64,000 nucleotides of DNA from Basidiobolus meristosporus CBS 931.73 (GCA_002104905.1 MCFE01000252.1:49697-113696), one strand, 5' to 3'. Counted from the stretch's first letter, positions 11,600 through 25,399 are shown. Notes: generated by a model not told the origin, from the sequence alone. Translations and numbers: made by a program.

Positions 11600-13116
11600 T
11601 CAAAAATGCCAATTTTGATCGCTTCAAGTACCTTTGGCGCGGTAAAAGTAAATCAGCAGCTTCCGAAAACGGCAGTGACTTATTATTCTCTAGTGACTGG
11701 ATATCTGGTGGGAAGAGTTTCTTTAAAGGAGTTACGAGTCGATTGACTGTGTGTTTCTATTTCGAATATAACTTTTGATGCGCTCGAATCTAAACTAATA
11801 TTCGATTTAAGGTAAAGTCAAGCGAACCCTACAAAGACAACTTTTCTCTCCGAAAGCCCCTCAAGGATCTAAGTCTAGGTATGTTGCCAAGGAATCTTAT
11901 TTTGTGATCGACATTCAGTTCTAATCGCTTTTCTCCATTGATAGACCTATCTGATAAAGGGAAAGATATTGAGATTACTAAGCACTTGTCCCCAACTCGT
12001 AAGCCACTTGCCACCCTATCCCACGAATCCAAGGATGCCCAACAATTGACAAGGATTGATTCGTAAGTTATCACTACACCCCTTTCGACAAAAGACCGAA
12101 CCTTACTGTCTTCCCTACAAACTAGCAATGCTTCATTTGATAAGACATTGGATCAGCCTGGGTTGACAAGTATTGATTCAGTAGCTAACACGGAGAAAGG
12201 TAGGAGTTTACTAGTGTGAATGATTTTCAAATGCCCGCATATTTATTTCGAGGAAAAGAATCGCCAGAGAATACCCGAACTCTGCGTCTTGATAGCTCCA
12301 AGTCAACTGAGGAGGTGAAGAAACCATTTTGGCGGAGTAGATCAAGCTCAATGACGGCATTTGATCGTATACTTGACATGAGAGAGAATGTCTCTCGTCG
12401 CCGAATCGTACGAACCAATTCGGTCATACACCTTCCCTCAGCCTCCTCAGGCTTAAGCAGGTAGCATCCGGCTTTCTATACACTCAGTATCAACTATATT
12501 CAAACTCAACTAACTCTTATCTGCCAACCAGACAAGCAATTTATTCAGATCTGCAAACATTCGTGATGTACAATGAACTGATCGAAAAAGAGGCAACTCT
12601 AAAAGAGTTAAGCCAAAAGCTAGAGGTACTAACTAACCTTAGGATACCCCCATGCGCCTTAACACTAATATTTGAGCAACCACAGATGATTCACCAAACA
12701 TATGAAGAGAAGTTAGAACGGCTAAATAGATTGTACACTGAACGACATGGTCGCATTGAGGTAAGTGCAGCGCGCCTAAAATACATTACATTTTATTGAT
12801 ATATTTCAAGTCGGCTGAGGATGAACTGAAGGAGCTATTGGCACGTCAAGAGAAAGTATCGAAATCTATTGAACAAGTAGAGGTCGAGAATGCAAAGTTA
12901 AAATATAAGGCCACCGTCTTGGAAGATAAATTGGATGAAATTGAAGAATTTACCGGAGGATTTATATCGAAAGTAATGGCCGAACATCACTCTACCGATC
13001 TACATATTCACTTAACACAGTCCCTTAGGTTCATAATTTTGCCGCGAAAATCCCGATTTCCGAGAACACATACGAGATCCTATATTCCTGGTGGGTCTTT
13101 TGTCAAAGAATCGTAA
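11600..13116 (+). CDS. Multi-exon hypothetical protein with a C-terminal coiled coil
   Basis: In-frame blocks ELIEKEATLKELSQKLE, TYEEKLERLNRLY and AEDELKELLARQEK... separated by GT-AG introns; start uncertain. Confidence 0.5.
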
Positions 13117-13749
13117 TCCGCTTGGGTCATAAGCTTAGCGGATTAGAAATGAAGGAAGATCGTGAGATTCGCCAGCCTTTCGATTAGAGCCTATACCCAT
13201 CAAATCCAAGCGCCCTTGCCGAAGCCATATAGGAGCACTGGGACTTGTTTCCAAAATTGCTTAAAAATGATTTCATTCTGGTGATTGAATTAATAAGTAT
13301 CTAAGCTTCACACAGCTCTGCTGCCAGGATCATTATTTGCGAGGGGGGGGGGATAGTGGATCTCCATTCACACATATTTTTAGATACGATATATAATAAA
13401 TTTAGTACGCCACATCCGTGCATAATCCAACGAGCTTACCACTAAATTAAGCAGGACTGGGAACGTGGCCTCCGGACGCAACTACGCTTAGCGAAGATGA
13501 ATCTGAATCTTATTAATTTCAAGTGTGGATGGATCCTATTTTTGGGATCTCATTCTCTGGAATCAATACGTCACTATCAATGAGGGGAGGATGAGTGGCT
13601 TGGGGGATCTCAACCCCGAGATCGAGATACAGAGGAATGCTTTTGTACATATTTACATAATCAACATACGGAGCCTAATTTTACGGCATCATCCCTGTCC
13701 ATGAGACATTGATGAGTAATAGCTGAACATTGGTTCACGTGAAAGGACG

Positions 13750-14315
13750 GCGGCCGATGGGATGATTCAGCTCGAGTCACTCCGTATATCTATATTGATC
13801 ACGAAGTCTTGGAATGGAGCAAACCAGTTGCTGCATCCGATACTACAGTTGGGTAAGAGGGGCATGACAAATAATGCGGGATAGCTCATTCCGCCTATTG
13901 AGCTCGGATCCAGTTGACATGGCGGGTTGATAAGGCCAGGAAATCCGTCCGAGTTTCATGATGCAATCATCGACAGCCAAAACGCATTCCAGTGGTGGTG
14001 GGATACACGGTCATCAAAGATGATGTGGCCGTTGGCTCCAAGATGACTTGATTGATGGCCAATATTTGCTGGATCAGCCTGATTCCTATAATATGTGTTG
14101 CAGCACCTTCTCTGGGAATCTAGAAAGTGCTGGTGGGAAGATGTCAGGAACGAACGGACTATGGTTACTTGATAAAGGCAATCCAGATGTCACAGTTCCG
14201 TGTGGTGAAGTATTTCAACCCAAGTGGGTACGAATGTCAAAGCCGTGAATACAGTATCTTACGGATACTCCACAGTTGCTCATATGTGCACTTTCCAGAT
14301 TTCCCTGGCCACTGA
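13750..14315 (+). pseudogene. Possible decayed kinase-like gene fragment
   Basis: Peptide VVKYFN...QSREYSILRIL resembles a kinase beta3-Lys/alphaC-Glu region; upstream frames are broken. Confidence 0.2.
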
Positions 14316-14512
14316 TTGATCTAATGTAGCCTTTTTCCCTCTTGTATTACATAAGGGAGATACAAGCCTATCTCATTTTCATATTGATTTTTTGCACCCT
14401 GTGAGCCTACCCATTTGTAGCAATTATATAAAACGGGAATTGGCCCATTTCCAATTGTTTGATTTTCATTCTTGCTTTTTGCTAGGCTTCAAGGCACCGG
14501 ATATCAGCACCA

Positions 14513-16373
14513 ATGATGCAGAGCACTCGCATATTCAGAGGTTTGATGGCTGCCGACAACATGCTGATCCAACCTCCGCTGAACCCCATTCTTTTCTAGC
14601 GGTTTCCACCACTGCTCGCTATTCGTATCTTTCCACCTCTTTGAGAACCTATGCTTCTGTCTCGGGCGCTACCCAACCTGCGAAGAAGTCAAAATGGAGA
14701 TACGTTACCCGTGGCTTCCTTGGATTGACGACCGGTGCTGTTGGTCTCGTTGGCTACAGTAAGTGACCTTGTGACTGCAGAGCTCTACATCAGCCACAGC
14801 CCTAACCTTCGAAACACAAGCTGCATACACACAACGCCACCCACCTGCCCAGGCGGAATTCGATCCGTCCAAGAAAACCTTGGTTATATTAGGCACCGGC
14901 TGGGGCTCCACCTCCATATTGCGAGAGCTTGACACCGATAAATACAACGTGGTGAGTGCGGCGTTTCTCATGTCCAACTCCCCTGACCACTTTTTCAATG
15001 AACTTCGCCACAGGTTGTTGTCTCGCCCAGAAACTATTTCCTTTTCACTCCTCTGTTGCCCAGTTGCACAGTAGGAACCATAGAGAATCGCTCTATTATG
15101 GAGCCAATCAGATATATAACTCGACACAAGAAGAGAGAGGTCCACCTGTTCGAAGGGGACTGTACCGACATCGATCCGGTGAACAAGACCATCACTGTTA
15201 GCGGTAACACCGATTTCATGGCTCTTTGAGGGGAACCCGTAGTAACAAAGGGGTAACATTTGATGTGTAGACAATTCCGAGATCAAGGGAGTGGTCAGCA
15301 ACACCATGTTGAAGTATGATTACCTCGTAGTGGGCGTTGGTGCTGAAAATCAGACATTCGGCGTTCCAGGCGTCCGCGAATATGGCTGTTTCCTCAAGGA
15401 GATCTGGGATGCCAAGAAGATCCGAGCCAGACTGATGGATTGTTTGTATCCTGCGTAGGAATGGATCTTGGTTAAGCCTGCTAACGCTGAGTGCATTTTT
15501 CAAGGTATCGAGACCGCTGCTTTTGGAGATCAGCCCGAGGATGAGAAGAACAGACTCCTGCACATGGTCGTGGTTGGTGGAGGGCCAACCGGGGTGGAGT
15601 ATGCCGCCGAATTACACGATTTCTTGGCTGACGACTTGGCGGTGTGGTATCCCGACATCGCGGGAAGAATCAAGATCACTCTGATCGAGGCCATGCCCAA
15701 CGTCCTACCCTCTTTCTCCAAGCAATTGATCGAGTACACCGAAGCCACCTTCTCTGAGAACCAAATCAAGGTTCTCACCAAAACTGCCGTCAAGGAGGTC
15801 AACGAGAAGAACATCGTTGTGGAGAAGCCAGACAAGACTCGCGAGTCCATCCCCTACGGATTGCTGGTTTGGGCCACCGGTAATACTGCCCGTCCAATCG
15901 TCAAACGGTTAATGGAGCAATTACCTGAGGTGCAAACTGGCAAAAGAGGCCTCCTGGTCGATGACCATCTGATGCTACTTGGTGCCGATGGCATCTTTGC
16001 TTTGGGAGATTGTACTTTCACTAAATATCCTCCCCTTGCCCAGGTCGCTAACCAGCAAGGTACCTATCTTGGCAAATTACTGAACGAGATCGCCAACAAG
16101 CAGGATGCGACCCAGAAAGACATCGGAGAGTTCAAGGAGGAACTGAAGACCTTCACTTACACTCATAGTGGATCATTGGCATATATCGGTGCTGAGAAGG
16201 CCATTGCAGACTTCCCCGTCATGCATGGTAACATCTCCTCCGGAGGGTTAGCTACTTTCATGGTATGGAGAAGCGCGTATCTCTCCAAGCTCTTCTCGGT
16301 CCGTCAAAAGACCTTGGTGTTTGCTGATTGGTGTAAACAGAAGATTTTCGGGAGAGACATCGGACGTGAATAG
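14513..16373 (+). CDS. NDE1: Mitochondrial type II (alternative) NADH:ubiquinone oxidoreductase, NDE1/NDI1 family
   Basis: Presequence [12 protein letters not shown]...; VILGTGWG and [11 protein letters not shown] dinucleotide folds; GSLAYIG; WRSAYL; several introns. Confidence 0.93.
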
Positions 16374-16830
16374 ACACAGTTAGCCCATGACTTCAGATAC
16401 TCTAGCCTCAGCTACTTTGCTACCTGCACCACCAGCAGCCCAACCCCTATAAAGCCTCATGTAATATTTATCGCTTTTCGGCTTCTCCATTTGCTTATCA
16501 ACCGAAACAATCGGAAAGAATGAATATACTCCTAGAATTCACCAATAAAGCCATCGTGAAAAATCATCGAGAGCAATTAAGGCAATGGCGCGCATGAGAT
16601 CATATGATCGATCAACCGCATTCCGTATTACTTCACTAGGGCTCACCATTGTACCAGTACACCACCAGGGATACAATACCAATTGAGTGCCACGAACCCT
16701 GTCACATCGCAATGGTGGTTGATGAGTTAACTAACGTCATGATTACTGCAGGAGTTTGTTCATTGGCCAAAAAATCAGACACCAATCTCTGGAAGATCGC
16801 TGCGCTACCCACCTCAAACCCACCACCACA

Positions 16831-17578
16831 ATGAGTCTGGCTCAAGGCACGTTAACTTTCAAGTCCGCGGTGTGCATCATACCACCGAAGGCTATCTGGG
16901 ACCAGATTCAGGAGATTCGCCAAGCACACGACAAGCATGTCAAACGCTGGCCGCCGCACATCAACCTGTAACCAAACCAACCCTTCGCTCTTCGCTGGAC
17001 AGTGACAGTAGGCTGAACCGATTTCCCCCTTAGGCTTTACCCGTTTCTACCGTACGAGAACTTCTCGGAAACGGCTCTGCCCACCCTAACCCGAGCGCTT
17101 TCAACCATTAGGCCATTCAGCATAAGGCTCGGGCGCTTCAGCTGGTTTCAACATTCCAGGAACAGCTTCACCGTCTGGCTGAAACCAGCCGACTCCCCGG
17201 AGGAATCTTTAGCGAATCTAGAGAGAAAACTGGCAGCTTCGTTTCCAGAATTGGGCGAGCAGATGCGGACCGGTAAGGGCCAGTTCGTGCCGCATCTCTC
17301 GGTTGGTCAGTTCAAAACCAAGGTAAATATCCCTGGACTGTAGGTATGTACATATTGGTAGCTCGTACGGGCCACTCATACTTCGCCTTTCTTCTAACCA
17401 GGAGCAGGTCGAGTCCTTGGTTGCAGAAATGGACGAGAGATTTTCGGAGAGCCACCCTCTAGAGTTCGAGGTCACCTCTGTGCAATTGATAGCTAGGTTT
17501 GGTTATCACGACCCGTTTCGGGTGATTCATGATATCCCATTAGGAGGGGAAGAGCCTCCCTCGCTAAACATAACATAA
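16831..17578 (+). CDS. Stand-alone 2H phosphoesterase (2'-5' RNA ligase / cyclic phosphodiesterase-like)
   Basis: SAVCIIPP, RWPPHINL and FVPHLSVGQ His motifs; two introns. Confidence 0.8.
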
Positions 17579-18374
17579 TGAAATGGTCAGTATCCGAGTT
17601 GGCCGAAAACTGTTCATTTGCTCTTGCCCCCCCCACTCCATACATCGAAAATAAACATCGACAAATTTCCGGAGCACTTTTGGACTTTGACCTAGGTTTT
17701 CCGGTGTCATCATGCGAGTCGGGCAGGCCGATCACCATATCCAACCACCAGTCTAGATGAACCCTCTTGTGCGGGTGCATTGGTGAGCAATCAGGCTCAG
17801 TATCACATTTCCAACATATAGAGTGGCGGATGTTGGCCCCGTGATGGCGAAGCCAAAGGGATTTGGGGCTCATGAAGACAGTGGTCGACAGGGAATATGA
17901 TATACAGCTGATGACGTATACGCTTCAATTTCAACTATGCTATGAGTGACGTGACGGGACTTAGGTGATGCATCAATGATGGTTGTTAGAATATCATTCA
18001 GCATAATAGCTTCGGGGCGTTAACCAATTACTCGCAGCGAAGTAGAATCCCATGGTAAGCAGTGTATGGGATCAAGCGTACATCTCCTTATATTTACCAA
18101 TGTATTCCGCGTATATTTACCGTTGCAACAGATACAATCCATCGAAAAAGGTCGATTCACTCCATATGATGTCAGTTAATTGACGGACTATCCAGACTTG
18201 TGAGCAATTTGGTCATCGGTGCTGACATCATCTAGGCGTTATGTACGCTAAGCATGCCTCGTCAACCCGGTATAAAAGTCGATGGTGGCATGAAGTGCAC
18301 ACCATAACAATTCAACGTGTACATACACGAATAAGCTCCTCGTTTTCACTCCACATCTACAAATAATAAAAACC

Positions 18375-18746
18375 ATGGCTAGCACCGTCCCAAGAAGTCG
18401 CTCTCTCTGGAGAATGCTCACCATCGACCCAAGCAATATCCCCCTACTTGCGGTCATGTCCGGAGTGTTTGGAGGCGTCGGATACATGGTGGGACACAAG
18501 AGTCAGAACGCTGTTCCCGATAAAAATGTTCGCTTAGCGTCCGAAAACCCACACCCTTGGCATCAGGACGATCCAAAGGATGCCGACTACAAGTACAAGT
18601 ATAAGAAAGGCGCCCACCCAGAGGGCGAAGAGCTGCATGCTCCTAGTGCTATGAGCGTCACTCACGTTTCTGCCAAGTTAGATAAAGATCTGCACGATAA
18701 GCTACCGTCTGGTATGAAAACCGACCAGAACAAAGAAAGCTCATGA
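18375..18746 (+). CDS. Small single-TM protein, MLRQ/B12D (NDUFA4)-like
   Basis: 123 aa with IPLLAVMSGVFGGVGY TM segment followed by NVRL...NPHPW; true ATG. Confidence 0.6.
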   Translation: MASTVPRSRSLWRMLTIDPSNIPLLAVMSGVFGGVGYMVGHKSQNAVPDKNVRLASENPHPWHQDDPKDADYKYKYKKGAHPEGEELHAPSAMSVTHVSAKLDKDLHDKLPSGMKTDQNKESS

Positions 18747-19051
18747 GCTGTTCGTATTTTATGGACTAATGGCACTGTATCTACCTATGTACAATTGAAA
18801 TAAATCAAATACCAAACACATTTGCGAATTGGCACTCAACAGCCCTATCTCTCGGCCAGGTCTGGCGTGACGAAGGTGCGACAGCATCCACATCAAAGAT
18901 CACCAGAAACCTTAGAATATCCCTATCGATTAGCCATCACTACTGTACTAACTTCACACCCCTCCCCGACTTCCATTAAGCACCTTGAACTTAACCCGAT
19001 TGACGTATCTGGTTCACTTGGCCAGAAAAGGCCGCAGCGTACCTCCACTGC

Positions 19052-19900
19052 CTATTTTGGTTGGATTTCTACATTCAGTAGGCTCTTGATTTCCTGGGAC
19101 ATCACTGGACGATCAAAGAGAAGACTTGGATCAGCGGATTGAATGTAGGGATTATACGGACTGTGATTGACTTTTCCTATGCCCGTGCCTTTCAAGCGGA
19201 TACCTGTAGGAAGAGCGTCCAACTCTAGGGCTTGGCCCTATATCTCTATTCGATAGGCTAACCTTACTAATATTCCATGCAGACATTGATGTCGATATGA
19301 AATATATATGTGTACTGCCCTCGGATCAGCATTTTCAGAACTGTCAGATATTAGTCCGCTCAAGTTTGTGACACTTCGCTTCGCGTGCGTTTCTGGATTC
19401 CTCGTGATACTGTCACCGTTATTTCTGGTATGAGGTTAGGGCTATGAGCTATGTTGGTTGTGTGCGGCCACGAAAGCTGTGCATACTTTTAGTCGCTTGG
19501 TGGCATAGACCATTGTATCCAAATGAAGGCCCTCAAAATCATTAAAGCGCGACTGGCCTGCCAACTCAGCTCTCCGCATTGCTGGCTTGCCCGGGAGCAC
19601 CCAAAATAATGGTGAGAATTCCGCCTTGAAGACTGAGCCTTTGATCCTCGGACGCGTTTAAAGAAATCAAGCTCCTAAACAATGTAGAAGTACTTACCGT
19701 GCTAACAGAAGTAGCCTCTGTCATACGGATGACATCATGCAACAAACGACAGTTGGCCCAAAAAAGACCAGACACTAGCTGAGAGTAGATGCTGGTGGCC
19801 TGCAACCATCCAGGAGGAATGTTTTCGAAAGTCCTGATCACTCAAGCACTCCAGACACGAACGGTTTTCTACCCACTGCTTCTTGAGTCGTGCACTGGTC
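19052..19900 (-). CDS. Multi-exon hypothetical protein
   Basis: Exon-like open blocks (IKGSVFKAEFSPLFWVLPGKP...; IRLKGTGIGKVNHSPYNP...) bounded by GT/AG; start unknown. Confidence 0.35.
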
Positions 19901-20142
19901 TGTCTGTATTTGCTATCTCAAATGTCTGGGGAGCGTTCCGGTTGGCGGGTGCTCCATCACAGTTGGCTATCACATAGACCCTACACATGCTACGAACCTG
20001 CTATTCAGTGTGGCCGCAAAGACTTTCATCACCGCGAAATAGGACACAAGAGAATTGAACACTCGATTTATTATTTATCCAATTTATATACATATAAGTC
20101 CCGATGAGAATTGATATATGTTGTGCAGCTTTCCGAACACCT

Positions 20143-21310
20143 TTACCGCGTTTCCAATCCTTTCAGCTTGGCATCCACCAGCTCATTTAAATCTTTGAGG
20201 CAGCTATCTGTTAAGGTGTAGAGATCGAAATGAAACTCCCCTGATAAAAATGGATTAGCACGGAGAGAATGGGGATTTTGGGAGGTACACAGTAGCAGCC
20301 AACCTTCAACTTCTTCGTTGACATATGTGGATCTTTCCTTTCGTTCTTTCACAAAATTCACTACGTCTAGAATATCTTCGCCAGAAAGCTTGTACAACTT
20401 ATCGGCAAGCCTTTCATGGTTGATCTAAGAGAGGGGTTAACGCTGAGTAGGTCAGCAATCGGCCCTACTTTGAGGTTGCATATTTACCGATCCAGGTTTC
20501 TTCTCCTTCTCCAGAGGAGTGGGAGTCAAGGCGGTAGCCGCCATATCCGAGTCAACCTTGAGCTTCTTTCTGGATCTCCCCTTGACAGTGGTACTTTTTT
20601 TATCGTTCACGGCAACACTGGCCTCTGGGGCAGAAGTTTCACTCTCTAGGACTTTCAGAAGTGCTCCTTTAGGATTGCTGAATGTCTAAGGAGATCCTTA
20701 GTAAGAGTATACAAGTCTTGTACAATGAAGCAGCTAACTTACGACAGTGTGGGGGACTTCGTAATGGCCGGAACGAAAGTTCAGGTCATGGACCAACGGA
20801 AAAGAGGTTTTGTCGATAAAATGAAGTATCACTTGCATGTCAAATTCGCCCCACCCCTTCTCCTGCAAGAAGTATGGTGGCTTCGAAGTGACTTCGAGTG
20901 GGAAAATATAAAGAGAAAAACCGATTAACTAAGTGCTCGAGTGTTTTCGGTAGGGGCTTTAGGAAGAAACCGAACAGGGGAGATAGCAGTGTACTGAGGA
21001 AACCCGATAGCAAACATAACCACCAAACCGGTTCGAAAAATGTTTGAGGTACGGGACAAGCTAATTTTACCACTAGCATTATGATATGGAAGGTTTATAT
21101 CGTACCTCTTCTAGGGTTGGTAAAACTAGGATGGAGAACGTACTCCACCTTTTCCACATAATCCATGGAGGTTCTTTCGTCTTTGTCGTCTAGGCCGTAA
21201 ACAGACAATTTCCACTTACGAATAGGGTGACCACTGACGGGCTTTGCCCCCTTCATGATTTCATGCTCGGTTACAATCTGAACCTTTCTTGTGATGGTTT
21301 TAACTTTCAT
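20143..21310 (-). CDS. TAF14: YEATS plus ET domain protein, TAF14/Tfg3-like
   Basis: RKWKL...YVEKVEYVLHPSFTNPRR YEATS motif; C-terminal GEFHFDLYTL ET motif; start approximate. Confidence 0.88.
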
Positions 21311-22958
21311 AAGGTAGAGATATCTCGGCCAGTGGACTTGTGCGTGTTTTCCTGCTCGTTTTGGTTGCAGAGCGATAGGCAAGAATGACAGGTCAAAAAA
21401 ATCAACCAGATATGTTGTTTTTCAAGAGCAAACATCCACTTGCTGAGCCGGCATTCGATTTATCTAGGAACGTTTTTTTTCGTCCGATATATATATGTCG
21501 AGCTTGCTTGATTTAACCGATCTCGAAATCTATATAAATGCAATCATAACTCACCTGCACTGGATCCATGGCGCCGTGTCACACTCAATATGGCAGTGCT
21601 GATTTGATTGGCAGAGCCTTGGAAGTGACTTGCAAATCCTTCGATTTTCTGTAGGAGAATTTCGCGGCTTCTGTTTACTAAAACTCAAAAGCAGTCCGCA
21701 CTCATCGATACAACGATGGGGATCCGGAGCAACAGACACTGAGGCCTACAACTACTCTCAAATCGCATGTTGAAGAAACGATCACCCCGGATCTGCGTAC
21801 CTATCTGCCTTATTCATTGCTCCGCAAAGATATTTCAGAGCCCGGCTAATGATCCACAATCCAGGAGAGCCACTAAGCGAAGTAGCAATCTGTGACGATA
21901 CGACCCACAAAGAGGCGCCAGCTACTGGTACATTAAGTGCTGTGCAATACACTTACAGTGCTACTATTCCCTTATGCACAGGTAAAGATACACTCTAGTT
22001 CTCAAGAGCTGTGAATATTGAAATGCCCCTCTCCAAGGTGCTTATCGTTTGCTATGCGTTATCTTTTCAGCGTGAAGCAACTGCGGTTATTAATCTAGTA
22101 CACGCGCCGCCACCCCCTGGATGGCATCCTTCCACTCCATATGTGAATGCAAAGCATCGAAACAAGATCTGTGTAGGCGTCGTCAGGATTGCTATACCAC
22201 CGCAATGTCAAATGAAAATCAATCAGTGAGAGTGATACAGAAACCAAGGAAAGTGAATGGCCGGAGTGTTTCCAGGCTCATTCGTTTCGAAATGCCATCG
22301 TCCTCTACATCACATTCGGATATTGGGGAGATTGTTGGTTAAATCATGTCTATATATTCATCAAGGAATCATATGCATCCTGATTAAAATTTCGGACACG
22401 ATTTTGATTTCCCTTACCCCACAAAAAATCAATCGGTTGTGGCTGTTACATTAGATAAATTCGCTGATTATCTATTTGGTATGATCTCGAACCAGCACTG
22501 AATTGGACTCTACACTAGCTCCGCAGACCCAAGCCGACTTCGATAGGCACCAGAAAACATACGAGCAGTGAAATTCCATCAGAAGCGATTTGGTTCGAAT
22601 CGCCGAAGCCGCCGTCTCTCGTGCATTTCGATGGCCCACCAGAGTATCGATATATGTACTTTCACATGCTCGACCGGAATATTCGAGGTCAGGTAAAATT
22701 CTGGAGATCTATCATTTCCTGCAAAATAGAAAATCACCTGCTTGGACATGATTACACAAACATGAATCTTTCCAGAGGTTTCAGTCGTGGAAGCTGATAA
22801 TCAGCAAATGCCTGATTTGGCCATTACAAATCCTCAAAAGGTTGAGGAATTTCACGACGCAGCTCTTTAGGTGCGGCTACTTGAGTGGTCTACAGTCGAA
22901 TTCTTGCTATCTTCTCTCTACCGCTAATCTTCCCAACACTCACCACATTTATGCCACA

Positions 22959-25166
22959 ATGAGTACCCCTCAGCAGAGTACCGAAACTCCCGAACAAAGC
23001 TTCTTGAATTTCGAGCAATACGATTTTGCGAAGGACAAGAAATTCCAGGCTGGCTTACCCAGCATCATGAGTCGCCTATCCAAATTGGGCGGCAAACTCG
23101 ACAAGGATGTCTACGACAGAGAGCTATTGAAGGCGAAGGGGTTCTATTACAACAAGTAGAGTGATATCCACCTGGTGTTTTGTCTTTTGCGCGCCTCTAA
23201 CAGCAGTTATTCGTCAGGTTCATATCCGCTTTCAGCTTCCCGGAATATTTGGCTTGGACTGAGGAGAAAAAGAAAGAGAGTGCTCCAAAATGCCCTTTCG
23301 CCCACATGTGGCAAAACAAAGGCACAAAAAGTAAGGAAATTTGCCTGCACAACAGTAGTCTGGTTCCTGTATTAAAGTATGTTGGGTTTAGGCGTATCTG
23401 AGGCCTCTGGCTCATCGTTCCTTACCGAGAAATCCCAAGATAGAGAAGGGCCAGTCCAGATTATTCTGTCCTCTGTGCGCACCCAGAATGTGCTAAAGCA
23501 AAACCACATAGCCAAGCTGAGCCACAACTTCAAAGAGTACATCAACGAAGAAAAAATCACAGCATTCATCCTTGACGCAGATTGTGGCGGATCCAGCGCT
23601 GCCAAGGACCCCACCCAACTGATCGCCACCAAAGATGACCGATTCTTCTGTAATGGACTCAACCCCGAGTCTGATCCCCAATCGTATCTTCGGATGGCAT
23701 ACCAGCTTTACAAGCTTGGTGAGAAGAAACCAACTGTATCTTTAGTGAATGGTTTGGTGGATCGAAATGTTATATACCTGCCTTGGTTATGTACTGATAA
23801 GCTGATAACCGAGCACGCGCGGGTCACTTTCTCTTTGTCAGACGACCCGGAGTCCATGTTGTCCAATCCTCTGGCTGGGCTGTACCTGCTCTCACGCTTC
23901 GGTAGAGTAGATGACACCAAGATTCAGCCAACCGCTGCTGCAAAACAGATGCCTAATGGGGTAGCATTGTATATTGCTCTATGTCCCGATTTCGTCATTC
24001 GTGGGCCCGATATAATCAAGCTGCTGTTGGGAGATTGCTTTATTCCAAGCGGAAAATCGCAAGAACTACTGGAGAGTATCAAAGCTGTTGCTGGCTGTCC
24101 TCCACCGTACACAAAGCAAGCAATCAAAGTAACATACTATCCCCAGAACACATACCCAGGCCCTTCGTTGATTGAAGTGTGGAGAGATGAAATAGAGGAT
24201 TGCTTCTCAGTAAGTTTACAGCGTTGTTTTGAAATCTATCGATTGCTATACTAACTTCGTGCCAAACAAGAATGTGGACGGGGTTGAAGATATCATTTCT
24301 CGACTGGGAAAATACAGCAATGAATGGGCAAAGAATATCGCTGCTTATCTCAAGTCTCAATCCCCCACACTACTAAAGGTAGGCTCGGTTTATATTGGTT
24401 TCCGTCGAGACATTAGCCTAATTCCTCCTTTCGCAATCAGGTCATATTCAGAGCAGTTTTGGACGCCAAATCACTCTCTTTCGAAGAATGCCTCAAGTTG
24501 GAATATCGAGTGGCTATTAAATTCAGGAACACGCCAGATTACAAAACTCTCAAAACTCAGTTGAGCGAGCAGGATCCAAAAGTTTGGTCACCCGCAAGCC
24601 TCGAGGAAACATCTAAGGAGTACGTTGATACCTTCTTTACTCCACTAACTGAAGCAGAGGGAGAAGAATTGGATTTAGAGTACGTCGACCAGGTTGATGC
24701 AAATGAAGAAGAGGAATCGGAGAGTGAGCAAGAGCATGAAGTCTCCCTAGTTGAAAATAAGATTGGCCAGAGTATCATGTCCCAATGCCCTGTAACTGGC
24801 CTAGTCTTCACTAAGCCTAGCACAATCGCTGATGCAAATCCATCGGACCCTGCGCAAGATGAAGGCGCACAATGCCCATTCCTGAATGGACAAAAGGTTC
24901 AAGGGGAATGCCCTGTAACTGGAACAAAGCCAAGCGTAGAAATTGTCGAAGCTCTTCCAGTGGCTTCAACCCAGGAATCTAGTAGCCAATACCCATTCTT
25001 ATCTGGAAAGGCCGTCGAGGGCCAGTGTCCGATAACGGGAGTCAAACCCAACACAGCCAGCGCTCCTTTAGAAGCAGTGAATCCGCAGACTACTAATCAA
25101 TGCCCATTCTTATCTGGAGAGAAGGTTGAAGGCCAGTGCCCAATTACTGGGGCCTCCAATTCATAA
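22959..25166 (+). CDS. Fusion protein: PEX39-type N-terminal helical domain, degenerate HIBCH/crotonase fold and Cys-Pro repeat tail
   Basis: Exons join in frame (FYYNK|FISAF..., GTK|SVSE...); F..YDF..D..FQAGL N-terminus; crotonase-like PTVSLVNG, SQSPTLLK, EECLKLEYR, WSPASLEE; repeated CP(F/V/I). Confidence 0.75.
24779..25150 (+). repeat. Coding tandem repeat of unit QCPFLxGxKVxGxCPxTG, about three and a half copies
   Basis: Repeats visible at both DNA and protein level, with a period of roughly 40 codons. Confidence 0.85.
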
Positions 25167-25399
25167 GAATTTGATCTCACTGATCGTGTATTATCCAAGG
25201 ATGCCGTCGCAATCTTATATCATCGCACTCCATAAAAAGCATTCGTACCCTCCAAATAAAGATCTCTAGCTCCAGAGAACACCTTGACGGCGAGGACCTA
25301 ACAAGCCTCCATACCGGTAGACCGGCTGCATCTATACTACATATTAAGTAGAGACATACAAGAATATTCTGTCAGTATTGGTCATCATCAGCTGAAGAT

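Noticed and set aside
13341-13352. Poly-G run (also near 26838)
   Set aside because: Isolated homopolymers with no flanking structure.
22584-22605. GGTTCGAATC tRNA T-loop/B-box-like word
   Set aside because: Flanks do not form a T-stem or acceptor stem, and no cloverleaf is present.
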